Program-made: the position numbers and the translations under genes
The notes under the pieces: generated by a model
Seen by the model: only the letters and a program-made list of their open reading frames with translations
What the model was told of the DNA's origin: nothing
Databases searched by the model: none
Assembly (NCBI RefSeq): GCF_901765095.1
Contig: NC_044044.1
Location: forward strand, 26,760,132-26,824,131
Source of the DNA: Microcaecilia unicolor
Taxonomy: Eukaryota
Length of the DNA stretch: 64,000 nt
Direction: 5' to 3'
Part shown: piece after piece, positions 1-11,289 of the stretch
Numbering within the stretch: the stretch's first letter is position 1
Layout: each line of letters begins with the position of its first letter

Positions 1-1499
1 CCACTGTTTCAGGTTGGTTGGTTTATTGATTGATTGATTGATAGTATTTGATATATCCCCCTTCTGGGTAAGGACAAATCATAGAAGTTAACAAAGTAAG
101 GTTTGTAAAAATAATCAGCAATGAAGTGTTGACATTGTAAGCAGTAACTATGCCATATTTTGTATTGTTGTTTGAATATTTTTACTGCTGTAATTGTCTA
201 TTGCTTACGTTTGATTTATGCTTACTGTATATACTGCCTTGAGTTCATTCTTTCAAAAACAAAGAAAAATAAAATAAACCCAAATAGATCGTTTAAAATA
301 AAACAGCACACATATAACCAAGTGAGGGGAACCACATCCCTTAGGCCAGGCAGTGATGGTACTGACTGCTCTAAACCCCCGGAAATGCATGAATGGAAAA
401 GTTCCTTTTTTTTTACTGAGCTTTTTAGAATAACAACATATGTGTTGTAGGTTTGGAAGGGCAGGTTTCCTATGTATGTGTTAAGTGCATTTTTTCCAGG
501 GTTTTCAGTTAACACCGTACAGTGCCTGACTGTGGAGGAAATTTTTGTTGCTTGTATCGAGGTGAACCCTAATCCTTGATTTGCCACCTGACCCCATGTT
601 ATAAGGAACAGGTTAATCGGGCCTGGTTTCACTCTAATGCAGCAGTTCCCAATCTTTTTGTGACTGTGACCCCCATGATTGCAGTCAAATGAAATTGTGT
701 AACCCCCGCTGATCTGCCAAATTACCCAGTGCTAGGACAGAGACTTTTTGGCCAGTCCTGGTTTTAAAGCTAAATCCCAAAGCAGTGTGGGATTTGTAGT
801 CTTTGAGTTTTCCCATTGAAATCAATGCTGCAGATCCCGTAATGCACTATGATGATTTGTAATTCTATTTTCTATGTAAGCCGCATTGAACCTGCTATGT
901 GTGGGAAAGCGCGGGGTACAAATGTAATTAATAATAATAATGGCAGAAATCCAGGACCTAAAAATCTCCTTCCTGGAACTAAGGAACTTGGAAGCTCTGG
1001 GTGCAGAATAACGATGCACCTGTGGAGAGCCCACCCGGGTCCCGATTCACATTTTGGAAGCGCTGTCCTATTGCATGCAGGGACTTGTAGTTCTGATTGT
1101 CCCATTTAGTATCCCAAGAAAACCAATGCTACAAATCCAGACATGCACTGTAGTAAAACCAGGACTGGAGCACCCTGTCCTAATGACCCGGAGGTGGCAA
1201 GCCTAAGCGCTGTATGCTGTTTTTGGAAAGGATGCTCCTCGGTAAGGCTCTATCCACTGCCAAAATAAAACAAGACACAGAAGCGTATTCAATATTTACT
1301 TGACGGAGGATGTGATGGGGAGTAAAAAAAACCACACTGCAGAGCTGTTGGGTGGGGGGTACTGTACGGCTCCAGAAAAAGGAGGACACGTTAATCCAGT
1401 CCGGGCTTTGCTTCCATTGAACGCAGTGGAAGTAAAACCCAGACTGGCTCAATCTGTCCTCCTTTTTCTGGAGCCATAGGGTAACCCTAACTGTAGGGC

Positions 1500-2060
1500 A
1501 GGAATGAGGTACATAGGCAGAGCTGTTCAGGGAGTTTCAGTACTGGAACAGCAGGAGGTGAAGCAAGGCAGGAGTGAGGTGCATTGGTGGCAGGAGGGGG
1601 TTTCAGTACTGGCATTTATAGGGAGTGCTATGGCACAAGATAAGGTGCATTTGGTAGAGCTGTGTGGGGCCCTCGATACTAGAAAAGAAGGGAGAACGCA
1701 GGGCATGAAAGAGGTGCATTGGCAGAACTATGTGGAGGTTTCAGTACTGGAACAGCAGGGGGTGCTGCAGGGCATGAAAGAGGTGCATTGGCTGAACTAT
1801 GTGGAGGTTTCAGTACTGGAACAGCAGGGGGTGCTGCAGGGCATGAAAGAGGTGCATTGGCTGAACTATGTGGAGGTTTCAGTACTAGAACAACAGGGGG
1901 TGCTGCAGGGCAGGAAAGAGGTGCATTGGCAGAATTATGTGGGGACTTCAGTACTGGAACAGCAGGAAATACACAAGATGGAAATGAGATGCACAGGTCT
2001 CTCAGTACTGGAATAGCAGGTGGTGCTGCAGGGCAGGAATGAGGTGCATGGGCAGCGCTG
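1500..2060. repeat. Minisatellite, roughly 59-60 bp unit (ggcatgaaagaggtgcattggctgaactatgtggaggtttcagtactggaacagcagggggtgctgca), about 9 copies, just 3' of the KLHL33 stop
   Basis: Direct periodicity visible in the sequence at 1620-2040; the overlapping ORFs 1504-2016 and 1719-2042 are repeat artefacts. Confidence 0.85.
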
Positions 2061-2072
2061 TGTTGAGACTCC

Positions 2073-2607
2073 TCATGTCTCAGGTGTTCTTTCTCTCAGG
2101 TGTGAAGGCAGAGAGAGCACGCAGGCCTTCATATCAGTGTACGCCTTCGGCATGGTGCCCAGATTAACCCAGCGGTCGCTCTTGGGGTTGTAGCAGTGCA
2201 CAAGGTGTGTGTCCTTGTAGGTTTCATAAGAGTAGCCCCCAAGAACATACAGTTCCCCTAGAAAGGTGACAGAGGCAGCCACCACATGCGTGTGGGTCAG
2301 GGGAGCGATATCCGTCCATGAGTCCTCGGCTGGGCTGTACACTTCGCAGGCATACAAGTCCATGTAACCCCGTTCCCCGTGGCTCAGGCCCCCAGCCACA
2401 TACAGACGTTCCCCTAGAGCTTCCATCACATGGCCCCCCCGGACGTGGGTCATGGGGGAAAGATGGGTAGAGCCAGCCGCAGGGTCGTAGTGGAAGAGAT
2501 CACGGAGTATGTGGTAAATGCCAGTGCAGCCTCCAGAGACATAGATCTTACCACCGCTGACCGCCGCAGCATGCCCACAGAGGGGGAGAGGCAAGGGGTG
2601 CACGAAC
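2073..2607 (-). CDS. KLHL33: KLHL33 terminal coding exon: Kelch repeats 3-6 and stop (FVHPLPLPLCGHAAAVSGGKIYVSGG...SHLRERTPET*)
   Basis: Acceptor ttttcag|GTTCGTG (plus 2608-2610). ORF 2073-2633 includes the stop codon. Repeated GG / Y-V-x-GG Kelch motifs. Confidence 0.85.
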
Positions 2608-5600
2608 CTGAAAAGGAGAGAGAAGAGGAACACTCAGTCTCTCAACACAGTCCCTGAGGTTTCTACTCCCTCTGTCCCCTCTCTCTTACTTCCAAGAGTT
2701 CTTTGCCGGGTCGTAGCACTCGACTGTATCCAGGCACTGAGTGTTGCTGTTGTCTGGGTTCCCCCCCAGGACATACAGAAGCCCCCCCAAGCTCACGGCC
2801 TGAAAGTAGTTGTGCCTCTCTTGCATATCTGCCAGCCTCTCCCACGTATCCTGCAGTGGGTCGTACCTGTGGAAGAGAGGTCATTCATTAGAATCTGCTC
2901 GTATGGCGGGTTCAATGTGGCTTACATATTGCTAAAAAGGCGGTTACAAAATTTAGATTTGTAGAAATCTAACACATAATACAGAAGTACAATGATAGCT
3001 TAGGTTGATATATTAGCGTATTGTGAGAGAGGTTAATATTATTCTTTTCCATTTCTGAACTTTTCGTGATGTATGGTGGTGTACGATTAGGCAGATCCAG
3101 GGGGGAAAGACTTCTTGAAAAGATGTTACATAGTAACATAGTAGATGACGGCAGAAAAAGACCTGCACGGTCCATCCAGTCTGCCCAACAAGATAAACTC
3201 ATATGTGCTACTTTTTCTGTATACCCTACTTTGATTTGTACCTGTGCTCTTCAGGGCACAGACCGTATAAGTCTGCCCAGCACTATCCCCGCCTCCCGCC
3301 ACCGGCTCTGCCTACTGCTGTAATGTAAGTAAGTCACTGTTTGATGTGTGTTCATTAGCTACAATTAAATATTTCTTTAGCAAAGGTAGCAACCGTTTTT
3401 ATTTTTTCTGTCCTCTTTTTTTTGTCTCCGCAAATATGGTAACCCTAGTTGGGGGGGGAAACACAGGTGGAAGATTAATAAACCTGAAAAGAGACCTAAG
3501 CATGAGCGAAAAAGAATGGGCCTGTTTTCTGAAGTAGGTTTCTCTAAGGGAATGCATTAGTGACTGATTGAGTAGGCCTAAAAGTCTAGGGAAGTGTAGA
3601 AATGAGTGAGGGAGTAGGCCTGAAAGTCTGGAAGTAGGTCTCTCTAAGGGAGTGCAGGGGTGTCTGAGGAAGAGTAGGCCTGAAAGTCTGGAAGTAGGTC
3701 TCTCTAAGGGAGTGCAGGGGTGTCTGAGGAAGAGTAGGCCTGAAAGTCTGGAAGTAGGTCTCTCTAAGAGAGAGTAGGGGTGTCTGAGGAAGAGTAGGCC
3801 TGAAAGTCTGGAAGTAGGTCTCTCTAAGGAAGAGTAGGCCTGAAAGTCTGGAAGTAGGTCTCTCTAAGGGAGTGCAGGAGTGTCTGAGGAAGAGTAGGCC
3901 TGAAAGTCTGGAAGTAGGTCTCTCTAAGGAAGAGTAGGCCTGAAAGTCTGGAAGTAGGTCTCTCTAAGGGAGTGCAGGGGTGTCTGAGGAACAGTAGGCC
4001 TGAAAGTCTGGAAGTAGGTCTCTCTAAGGGAGTGCAGGGGTGTCTGAGGAAGAGTAGGCCTGAAAGTCTGGGAGTAGGCCTCTGTTTTGCAAAATTCCAA
4101 TGACCAAATGTCTGGACCCACTTAGGGGCTAATGCAGAAAGTCCAGTGGTAGAGCTGCACAAGGATGTCTAAATATGTGGCTTAGTTCTACTGCAAGCTT
4201 CATACCATGACATGCAAATGCTATGCACAGAAAGTTTTCAGCTAGTTGGGGGTGCTGGACACACGTGCACAAAAGATTCATGATATTCAAGGCTCTTTGT
4301 ACACATGTCCAAACAAAAATCATACGTGAAAGCACACATCGGCGGCAGTTCTTATATGCCTAAATATGAGCCTTGCAAAAATTACTCTGCATTGCCACGG
4401 AATACTCAATGGCCTCATTAGCATTCATAGAGTTTATCCCTTGGCAATTGCGTGGTTGTTAGGCCCATGGTAGCTTTCTGCATCAGCCACTTAGGGAGGT
4501 GTGAAGGTTTGGGCATTTTATGCCATAGTGATATAAGCATATTAAACACCAAAAGAGACCTCACAGGACCTCACCTCACCACACTCTTCAGCACATCTTC
4601 CTTCCCATAGAAATGGTTCCCACCAAAGACGTATAGTATGTTGTCAAGTACAGCCACAGCATGACGGAAGCGTGGCATGTCCGGGAGGGTGCTCAGGGCC
4701 TTCCACTCAATGTGTTTGACCAAGCCAATACCGCTAATGAACCGGTGGGCGAACCATAAGTCCTGACTGGGCACGCGACTGGATAGGTTCCTGGTGAGGC
4801 TATCTCCTCCCACGATGACCAACACATGGCTCGGCAAGCGAATCCTGCAGGGCAGCTGGCTCAGAACAGACGGACCCTTGGGTACGCTCAACAGGGAAGC
4901 CTCAAGGACCTTGTAACACTTCTCGGAAGGCGCCATCAGATCAGCAGCAATGACCTGCCTGAGTTCTCGGTTAGTCATGAGTGGGAAGCGGACACACTTC
5001 ATGACTTTGGCAGCCTGGGAAAGTCGGGCCTCCCTGTCCTCATCAACCCAGCATAGAACAGCTTGGAAGACCTCAAATTCCATGGTGGTATAGAGACCAT
5101 CTTGGCTTAGGAGGGCCACCAGCTGGTCCATCTTGAGATCTTGGAACTTGGGCACCTGTGCCACCTCCTTGAAGTTCCTAAGGATGAAGTCCTCAGTCTC
5201 CTGCCTCAGCTCGGGCAGATCGAAGGCCTCAGCCAGAGCCAGGACATCCAAACTGTGTTCTGACTCCATATTCTCTCTGAAAAACCGGTAGCAGAGCTGC
5301 AGGATGCCAGACATCTGGTAGGGTAGGGCTGCCTCAGTGACTTCAAAAACATTGTCCCAGCCAAGGAGAAGAGAACCAGAGTAGATGAAGGAGATAAACA
5401 GGGATAAGTCTGCTGAAGAGAAGGTGCTGAGGGACACCATGTCTTGATGGGCCTCCTTCATACCACTGGTAAACATTCCACGGAAGAAGTCGCTGCCTGC
5501 AGCCAGGATCACTCGGTGTACTGTAACAAGAGCAAAGGACAGAGATTAACGAGTGGGTTTCAAGAACCAGCCATCATGACTGGCTGTGACAGTAATCATG

Positions 5601-6554
5601 AAAATTGCATTAATGCAAGACCTTATACAAAGTAATACATTGTGCAGCCACCTCTGGGGTGGAAAAGTTGGCCAACATTGCCTTCCAAGGGGAATACCAG
5701 GACGGAGAGGACTGGAAATTGTTTTTGAGGGCTTTGAAAGCAGTGTGAAAACAAGGCTGTGGTGGGAGGATTGGGGGGGGCATGGTGAAAAATATTTTAC
5801 AGACGTTGAGAGGCGGAGAAGTTAAGAACAAGCCTGAAAAAAATGAAGAATTGCTATTTTTTCAGAAATAGACATTTGCAGTCCCGTGATCACTGTAGGA
5901 CAGCTTACGTCCTGAGCTCCTCCTGCATGTACTTCAGAGGAATCTTCCCGACCTACCTTTCAGGGATATCCCATCTGCCTGTAGCTCCAAATCCCATCCA
6001 ATCCCATGTCTTTGCAGCTCCTGGATGCCCCTCAAGTTCTGAAGCTTCTCTTCGGATGCCAGCACCTCCTTGTGGTCTTGTAGTGCAGGATTAAGGAATT
6101 GTTTGCATAGGGCAGCCACCCTGGGTGCCCCTAGAGCTTCTGACACCCGAAGAACCTCCATCGCTGAATCTTTGCTGACATCACAGTGGCCCTCGTAGGC
6201 AAAGTCCAGGAGGGCTTCCAAGCCACAGCAGGTGGCCTTCCCCTCCAGATCCACCATATTGCGCTGCCCCTGCTCCAGGATCTCGGCAAAGAAAGTGCTT
6301 ACAGCGGCCAGAGGGAGACAGTGAGTCTGGTAGAGTCTCCCTTCCAACGCCAGGCATATGTCCACAAGGAGACCCTGCTCCCTCAGCTGGCACAGGGAAC
6401 AGAAAAAATCATCCACGTAGTCCAAGTTCTGGAGCTCCTGGAGATCTACAGAAGACTCCTTCTCCTGTTCAAGTGTCCCAGCATCCATCTTGCCACATAA
6501 ATCCCTGGATCTGGTGGAAGAAGGGTCTCCCTGGGAACCCTCCATATAAGACAT
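2073..6554 (-). CDS. KLHL33: Gene span of a Kelch-like family member 33 orthologue (BTB/BACK plus 6 Kelch repeats); 4 coding exons 5957-6554, 4575-5520, 2690-2866, 2073-2607; 751-aa model
   Basis: Long minus-strand ORFs encode BTB, BACK and Kelch-repeat motifs (GG doublets, W, Y/F spacing). Canonical GT/AG junctions join them in frame, and the total CDS of 2256 nt is a multiple of three. KLHL33 lies next to OSGEP/APEX1 in human chr14q11.2. Confidence 0.75.
2690..2866 (-). CDS. KLHL33: KLHL33 exon: Kelch repeat (RYDPLQDTWERLADMQERHNYFQAVSLGGLLYVLGGNPDNSNTQCLDTVECYDPAKNSWK)
   Basis: Acceptor ccacag|GTACGAC (plus 2867-2872) and donor TGGAA|gtaagag (plus 2683-2689). 177 nt; the phases join exon 2 (AG+G=Arg) and exon 4 (AA+G=Lys). 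Confidence 0.85.
3105..3300 (+). mobile_element. Copy of a high-copy interspersed element with the core catagtaacatagtagatgacggcagaaaaagacc...gtccatccagtctgcccaacaag; related copies at 12780-12960(-), 13270-13400(-), 19690-19850(+), 20800-20910(-), 42590-42720(-) and 42900-43080(-)
   Basis: Multiple near-identical segments across the window in both orientations. Confidence 0.7.
3540..4085. repeat. Minisatellite, 60-bp unit (agtaggcctgaaagtctggaagtaggtctctctaagggagtgcaggggtgtctgaggaag), about 9 copies, in the KLHL33 intron
   Basis: Regular 60-bp periodicity; the minus-strand ORFs 3824-4162 are repeat artefacts. Confidence 0.85.
4575..5520 (-). CDS. KLHL33: KLHL33 exon: partial BTB, BACK and first Kelch repeat (HRVILAAGSDFFRGMF...NILYVFGGNHFYGKEDVLKSVV)
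   Basis: ORF 4571-5512 continues upstream to the acceptor ttgttacag at 5521-5523. The donor is GTGGTGAG|gtgaggtcc, and the exon length of 946 nt is consistent with the flanking phases. BACK-domain and Kelch signature residues are present. Confidence 0.85.
5957..6554 (-). CDS. KLHL33: KLHL33 candidate first coding exon encoding a complete BTB domain (MSYMEGSQ...ADGISLK, 199 codons plus 1 nt)
   Basis: ORF 5934-6554 carries a BTB consensus (LVDICLALEGRLYQTHCLPLAAVSTFFAEIL...GLEALLDFAYEGH...AALCKQFL). The donor AAAG|GTAGGT at 5957 is phase 1 and matches the phase-1 acceptor ttgttacag|TACACC of the next exon, giving ...ISLK-V-HRVILAAG. An upstream acceptor-like ttatcttccag precedes the ATG region, so a 5'UTR exon is possible. 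An alternative donor GCT|GTAAGC inside the ORF is out of phase. Confidence 0.5.
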
Positions 6555-6819
6555 CTTTCCAGGAAAGATTCCAAGCTCTTGGAAACAGCTGGAAGATAAA
6601 AAGCATTAATGAGGCTCAGATTTCAATACAAAGGTACAGGAACCTACAAATCTCTCTGAAAACAAGTATTAGACTTCAGGTTTACTCAGTGCTAGAGGTG
6701 ATAGGCTTTGTATCCCTGTGTCCATCCCCTGAGCCCTCAAGTCCTAGAGGTGATAGGTTCTGTGTCCCTGTGTCCATCCCCTGAGCTAGAGGTGACAGGC
6801 TCTGTATCCCTATATAAGT

Positions 6820-7700
6820 ACATAAGTATTGCCACACTGGGACAGACCAAAGGTCCATCAAACCCAGCAGTTTCCCAACAGTGGCCAATCCAGGTCACAA
6901 ATACCTGGCAAGATCATAGAAAAGCTCAATACATTTTATGATGCTTATCCTAGAAATAAGCAGTGGATTTTCCCAAGTCCATCCTAATAATGGCTTATGA
7001 CCAGAGGTGTAGCTAGGTGGGGTGCAGCTGCTCCCCCAAATGGATCTTGACTAAAATGGTGCCTATGTGGATCAGCCCTCCAGCTTCACACTGATGCCTT
7101 TTTTAACAAAAGGTCTGCTCCCCCTGACATCAAAACCTGGCTACGCTTCTGCTTATGACTCTTCTTTTAGGAAATGCTCCATACCTTTTTTAAACCCTGC
7201 TAAGCTAACTGCTTTTACCACATTCTCTGGCAACGAATTCCAGAGTTTTATTTCCGATCTGAGGAAGAAGGGCAACCTTCGAAAGCTAATCAAGAAATGT
7301 ATTAAGTTATGTCCAATAAAAAAGGTATCATCTTATTTTCTTTTCCATGTTTTATTTTGTTTGATTTCTATTGATAACCTTAAGAGTGGACTAACACGGC
7401 TACCACACTCCTCTACTTGTTGAGTGAAGAAATACTTGCTCTGATTTGTTTTAAATTTACTACTTTGTAGCTTCTTTGCATGCCCCCTAGTCCTAGTATT
7501 TTTGGAAAGAGTAAACAAACGATTCACATCTACCCGTTCCACTCCACTCATTATTTTATAGACCTCTATCATATCTCCCCTCAGCTGTCTCTTCTCCAAG
7601 CTGAAGAGCCCTAGCCGCTTCAGCCTTTCCTCATAGGGAAGTCGTCCCATCCCCTGAGTCTTCAAGATAAAGGAGAAGGCAATGCCCCTCTCTCCGGTCC
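6820..7700 (-). mobile_element. CR1-like LINE 3' fragment (encodes the RT C-terminal tail [37 protein letters not shown]...RLFTLSKNTRTRGHAKKLQSSKFKTN)
   Basis: The minus-strand ORF 7333-7665 matches the conserved ORF2 C-terminus of vertebrate CR1-family LINEs; homologous copies lie at 10240-10850 and 37840-38400. Confidence 0.7.
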
Positions 7701-9029
7701 TGCTTCATTCCCTCTAGCCTTTCCTGCATAAAGTACATATTAGCAAGTTTTAAATGTCAGTTCCCCTGCAAGCAGGATATTATTTCTTACTCAATAAGTT
7801 CTCCCAGGAGCTCTGTGCTGTGGACCACATCTGAGGGCTGAAACTTCTTTAACTGGCTGTGTTATGTCCTTGCTGTCTGCCCTCGAGAACGTCCCTGGCT
7901 TCTGTCCGAAGAGTGGAGTTAATTATAGCAAAGGAAAGCTGCCTCAGTCACTCTTGGTGCCCACATGGTGTATATGTTTGTGGGTCTGTTTGTGTTGTTT
8001 TGTCTGACCAGTGCCTCTGTGCAAGTGTGTCTCTTTCAGTGTGTGTTTGTCTCTGCTTTGTGATTTTCAGCTCATAATCTGCATAGCTTTAGTGGGTGCA
8101 GGTAGGTTTCATTGAGGCAGTGTGACAAAGACAGAGGAAGTTCTGAATGTGTTCCTCTTGCAGGATCCTCTCTCCTGTGTTGTTTTTTTAATTCTCAGGA
8201 AGGCAAAGTAATTATCCTCTAATGACCCTTATTTAAATCTTTTTTAAAAAATGAATAAATTATCTCTGTCCCAGAGGGTGTGAGGGAAGGGTGTCCCAGA
8301 TGAACTGGCTGGTCTTCTCTGTCATGGCCTACCTGCTGTCCACAGGTGCAGGGGGGAATATAACCCTGCCAATGAATCCCCATCAGCCTCTGCTCTTCTC
8401 ACCCTACAGTGGGTAGGTGTTGAGCCTGAGAGATGGCTGGAGGCAGCTGGAGACTCACAGTGGTATGGTCCAAAGCTGCCAAGTTATTCAGTGCCAGGAG
8501 GGAGATTTTTTGGGCCAGTCCCAGACCGGTTTTGATCCCAAAGCAGTGTGGAATTTGTGGTCAGACCTTGTGCATGGCCACTTTCCTTGCTCCTTTCCAT
8601 CCGTCTCTCATCGAGGAGCCATGAGGCAGAACCTTTCCTTGTTAGAGGAAGCTTGCATAAGTTGGTGCTTGAAACAGAAGCCCCCAACTCTCAGCCCATC
8701 CACTCAGTTAAATTTATTGCATTTTATTAGGGTGGATATGAAGTATAACAGCAGATTCACTTGTATGGAGCAACATTGCCATCTGGTGATGGATGGCGGT
8801 ATTGCCTGAAAATATATCAACACCAGCTCTCTGAGCAGCAAAGGACCTTGATCTGCAGGTGTCTGCAGGGAAGAAATAGGATTCAAGAGGGTCATTTTTA
8901 CATATGCCTCCTCCTGAATCATATTCTACAGGTGCTGCTGTTCAGATCCACGTTGGAAAGCCAGTCCAGTTAGGATTGCCAGTTACCCAATAGAAAGCCT
9001 AAAGTTGCTCCAGGGACATCATTACTACT

Positions 9030-9500
9030 ACTACTATTTAGCATTTCTATAGCGCTACAAGGCGTACGCAGCGCTGCACAAACATAGAAGGAAGACAGTC
9101 CCTGCTCAAAGAGCTTACAATCTAATAGACAAAAAATAAGGTAATCAAATCAATTAATGTGGTCAGGAAGGAGGAGAGGAGGGTAGGTGGAGGCGAGTGG
9201 TTACGAGTCAAAAGCAATGTTAAAGAGGTGGGCTTTCAGTCTAGATTTAAAGGTGGCCAAGGATGGGGCAAGACGTAGGGGCTCAGGAAGTTTATTCCAG
9301 GCGTAGGGTGCAGCGAGGCAGAAGGCGCGAAGTCTGGAGTTGGCAGTAGTGGAGAAGGGAACAGATAAGAAGGATTTATTCATGGAGCGGAGTGCACGGG
9401 AAGGGGTGTAGGGAAGGACGAGTGTGGAGAGATACTGGGGAGCAGCAGAGTGAGTACATTTATAGGTTAGTAGAAGAAGCTTGAACATCATTCTTCAGAT
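9030..9500. mobile_element. Interspersed repeat family of about 470 bp (begins tactactactatttagcatttctatagcgctacaaggcgtacgcagcgctgcacaaacatagaag), copy 1; further copies at 15730-16060 and partial copies at 30650-30830 and 37120-37390
   Basis: Near-identical sequence at 9030-9330 and 15730-16040; the minus-strand ORF 9201-9491 is a spurious ORF within the repeat. Confidence 0.7.
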
Positions 9501-9839
9501 ATGCATAGCAATAAAAGCCACAGCGGTGGCCCAACCTTTAAACTCATAAATCCAGTTGCCGGGCTCTGCCCCTTCTGATTCAAGCATTATTTCTAGGTCA
9601 TCTTATATATATTTTTTCTTACTTCCCCGAGCCCTTGTTCTTCATCTATCTGTGCTGTATTCATGCTTTCTTCATCTATCTGTGCTGTAGTCATGCTGTA
9701 TCAGTGTGATTCCTGCACGTGATTCCGATAAAGATCAGCTCTTCAGTTGTTGGTGCTGTGTTGCTGCTTTATATGTGTCACTGTGATACCTGCATGGGGG
9801 GATTTTCTGATGAAGATGATCAGCCTTGCAACACCATTG

Positions 9840-9965
9840 CTGGGTTAGAGGGTGTAGTTTAATGGTTAGCGCAGCAGCCTGAGAACCAGGGGGAAATGGT
9901 TCAAGTCCCTACTGCAGCTCCTTGTGACTCTGAGCAAGTCACTTAATCCTCTATTGCCCTTGTAT
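9840..9965 (+). mobile_element. tRNA-derived SINE copy (truncated)
   Basis: gggtgtagtttaatggttagcgcagcagcctgagaaccaggg...ggttcaagtccctactgcagctccttgtgactctgagcaagtcacttaatcc. Confidence 0.7.
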
Positions 9966-10239
9966 ATAAGCATAGCAAACCAGAGGATGCTACGGGGCAA
10001 GAGAGAAGACTCATTGACTGAGCCATGTAGAGGGGTTGGAGTAGGCACAGCAGGGCAGAAATGAGGTGCACAGAACAGAGACACCCTTCTTGCACCAGCA
10101 AGTCCATAGTAATATAACAGATGATGGCAGTTAAGGACCGCCCCCCCCCCCCAAAAAAAAAGGAGTAGGGGAAGATGGCTCTTCTCAAACAACAAAGGAG
10201 ACATGTGGATGGATTAAAGGCTTTATTGCAAAAACATCA

Positions 10240-10870
10240 AACTCGACTCGACACAGCAAAGATATAGTGGAATTGGAAAAGGTGCAGCGAAGGGCGACTA
10301 AAATGACAGCGGGGATGGGACGACTTCCCTATGAAGAAAGACTAAGGAGGCTAGGGCTTTTCAGCTTGGAGAAGAGACGGCTGAGGGGAGACATGATAGA
10401 GGTATATAAATAATGAGTGGAGTGGAACAGGTGGATGTGAAGCGTCTGTTCACGCTTTCCAAAAATACTAGGACTAGGGGGCATGCGATGAAACTACAGT
10501 GTAGTAAATTTAAAACAAATCGGAGAAAATGTTTCTTCACCCAACGCATAATTAAACTCTGGAATTCGTTGCCGGAGAACGTGGTGAAAGGCGGTTAGCT
10601 TGGCAGAGTTTAAAAAGGGGTTAGACGGTTTCCTAAAGGACAAGTCCATAAACCGCTACTAAATGGACTTGGGAAAAATCCACAATTCCGGAATAACATG
10701 TATAGAATGTTTGTACGTTTGGGAAGCTCGCCAGGTGCCCTTGGCCTGGATTGGCCGCTGTCGTGGACAGGATGCTGGGCTCGATGGACCCTTGGTCTTT
10801 TCCCAGTGTGGCATTACTTATGTACTTATGTACAGCAGCCGTCCATCCAGTCTGCCCAGCAAGGTGTAAC
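10240..10870 (+). mobile_element. CR1-like LINE 3' fragment (plus orientation)
   Basis: Encodes [37 protein letters not shown] and, via ORF 10413-10598, VEQVDVKRLFTLSKNTRTRGHAMKLQCSKFKTNRRKCFFTQRIIKLWNSLPENVVKG; the same family as 6820-7700. Confidence 0.7.
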
Positions 10871-11289
10871 TGCCTCTCTGTTAAGGTTATCCCAGTGCTT
10901 AGATACCATCCTCTTGGCAAAGTTATTCATCTCTGAAGAGTCACATTAAACAACTTATTAAGACTGTCCTTTTTAAATTGAGAGTGTTGAGGAGAAGGAG
11001 AGAGAGTTGCTTTCTGCTTCTAATTTCCATATGATTTTGCAGAGTTGTGTACCACATTTCGACGATTGTAACTCGTTACTTGCGGGTCTTCCAGCTTCTA
11101 CGCTGAAGTCGCTTCAGGTTGCGCAGAACTCTGCGGCTCGTATGATTGCACAGATTCCACGCCATGAGCATTGTTTCCCCAGATCTGGCTTCTTTGCATT
11201 GGTTGGCCATTGATAAAAAAAAAAAAGGATTCCTTTAACAAATGTAACTTTTAGCTTTTAAGGTTTTGAAGAACGATGCTCCAGCTATC

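Noticed and set aside
1504-2042. ORFs 1504-2016 and 1719-2042 (170 and 107 aa)
   Set aside because: They are confined entirely to the 59-bp minisatellite. The repetitive low-complexity translation has no start or splice context, so they are repeat artefacts.
6290-6330. Alternative KLHL33 exon-1 donor GCT|GTAAGC inside the BTB ORF, which would avoid duplicating BTB sequence
   Set aside because: It ends in phase 0, whereas the only plausible acceptor of the next exon (ttgttacag|TACACC) needs a phase-1 donor. The in-frame join uses the downstream AAAG|GTAGGT donor instead. I kept this as a caveat on exon 1.
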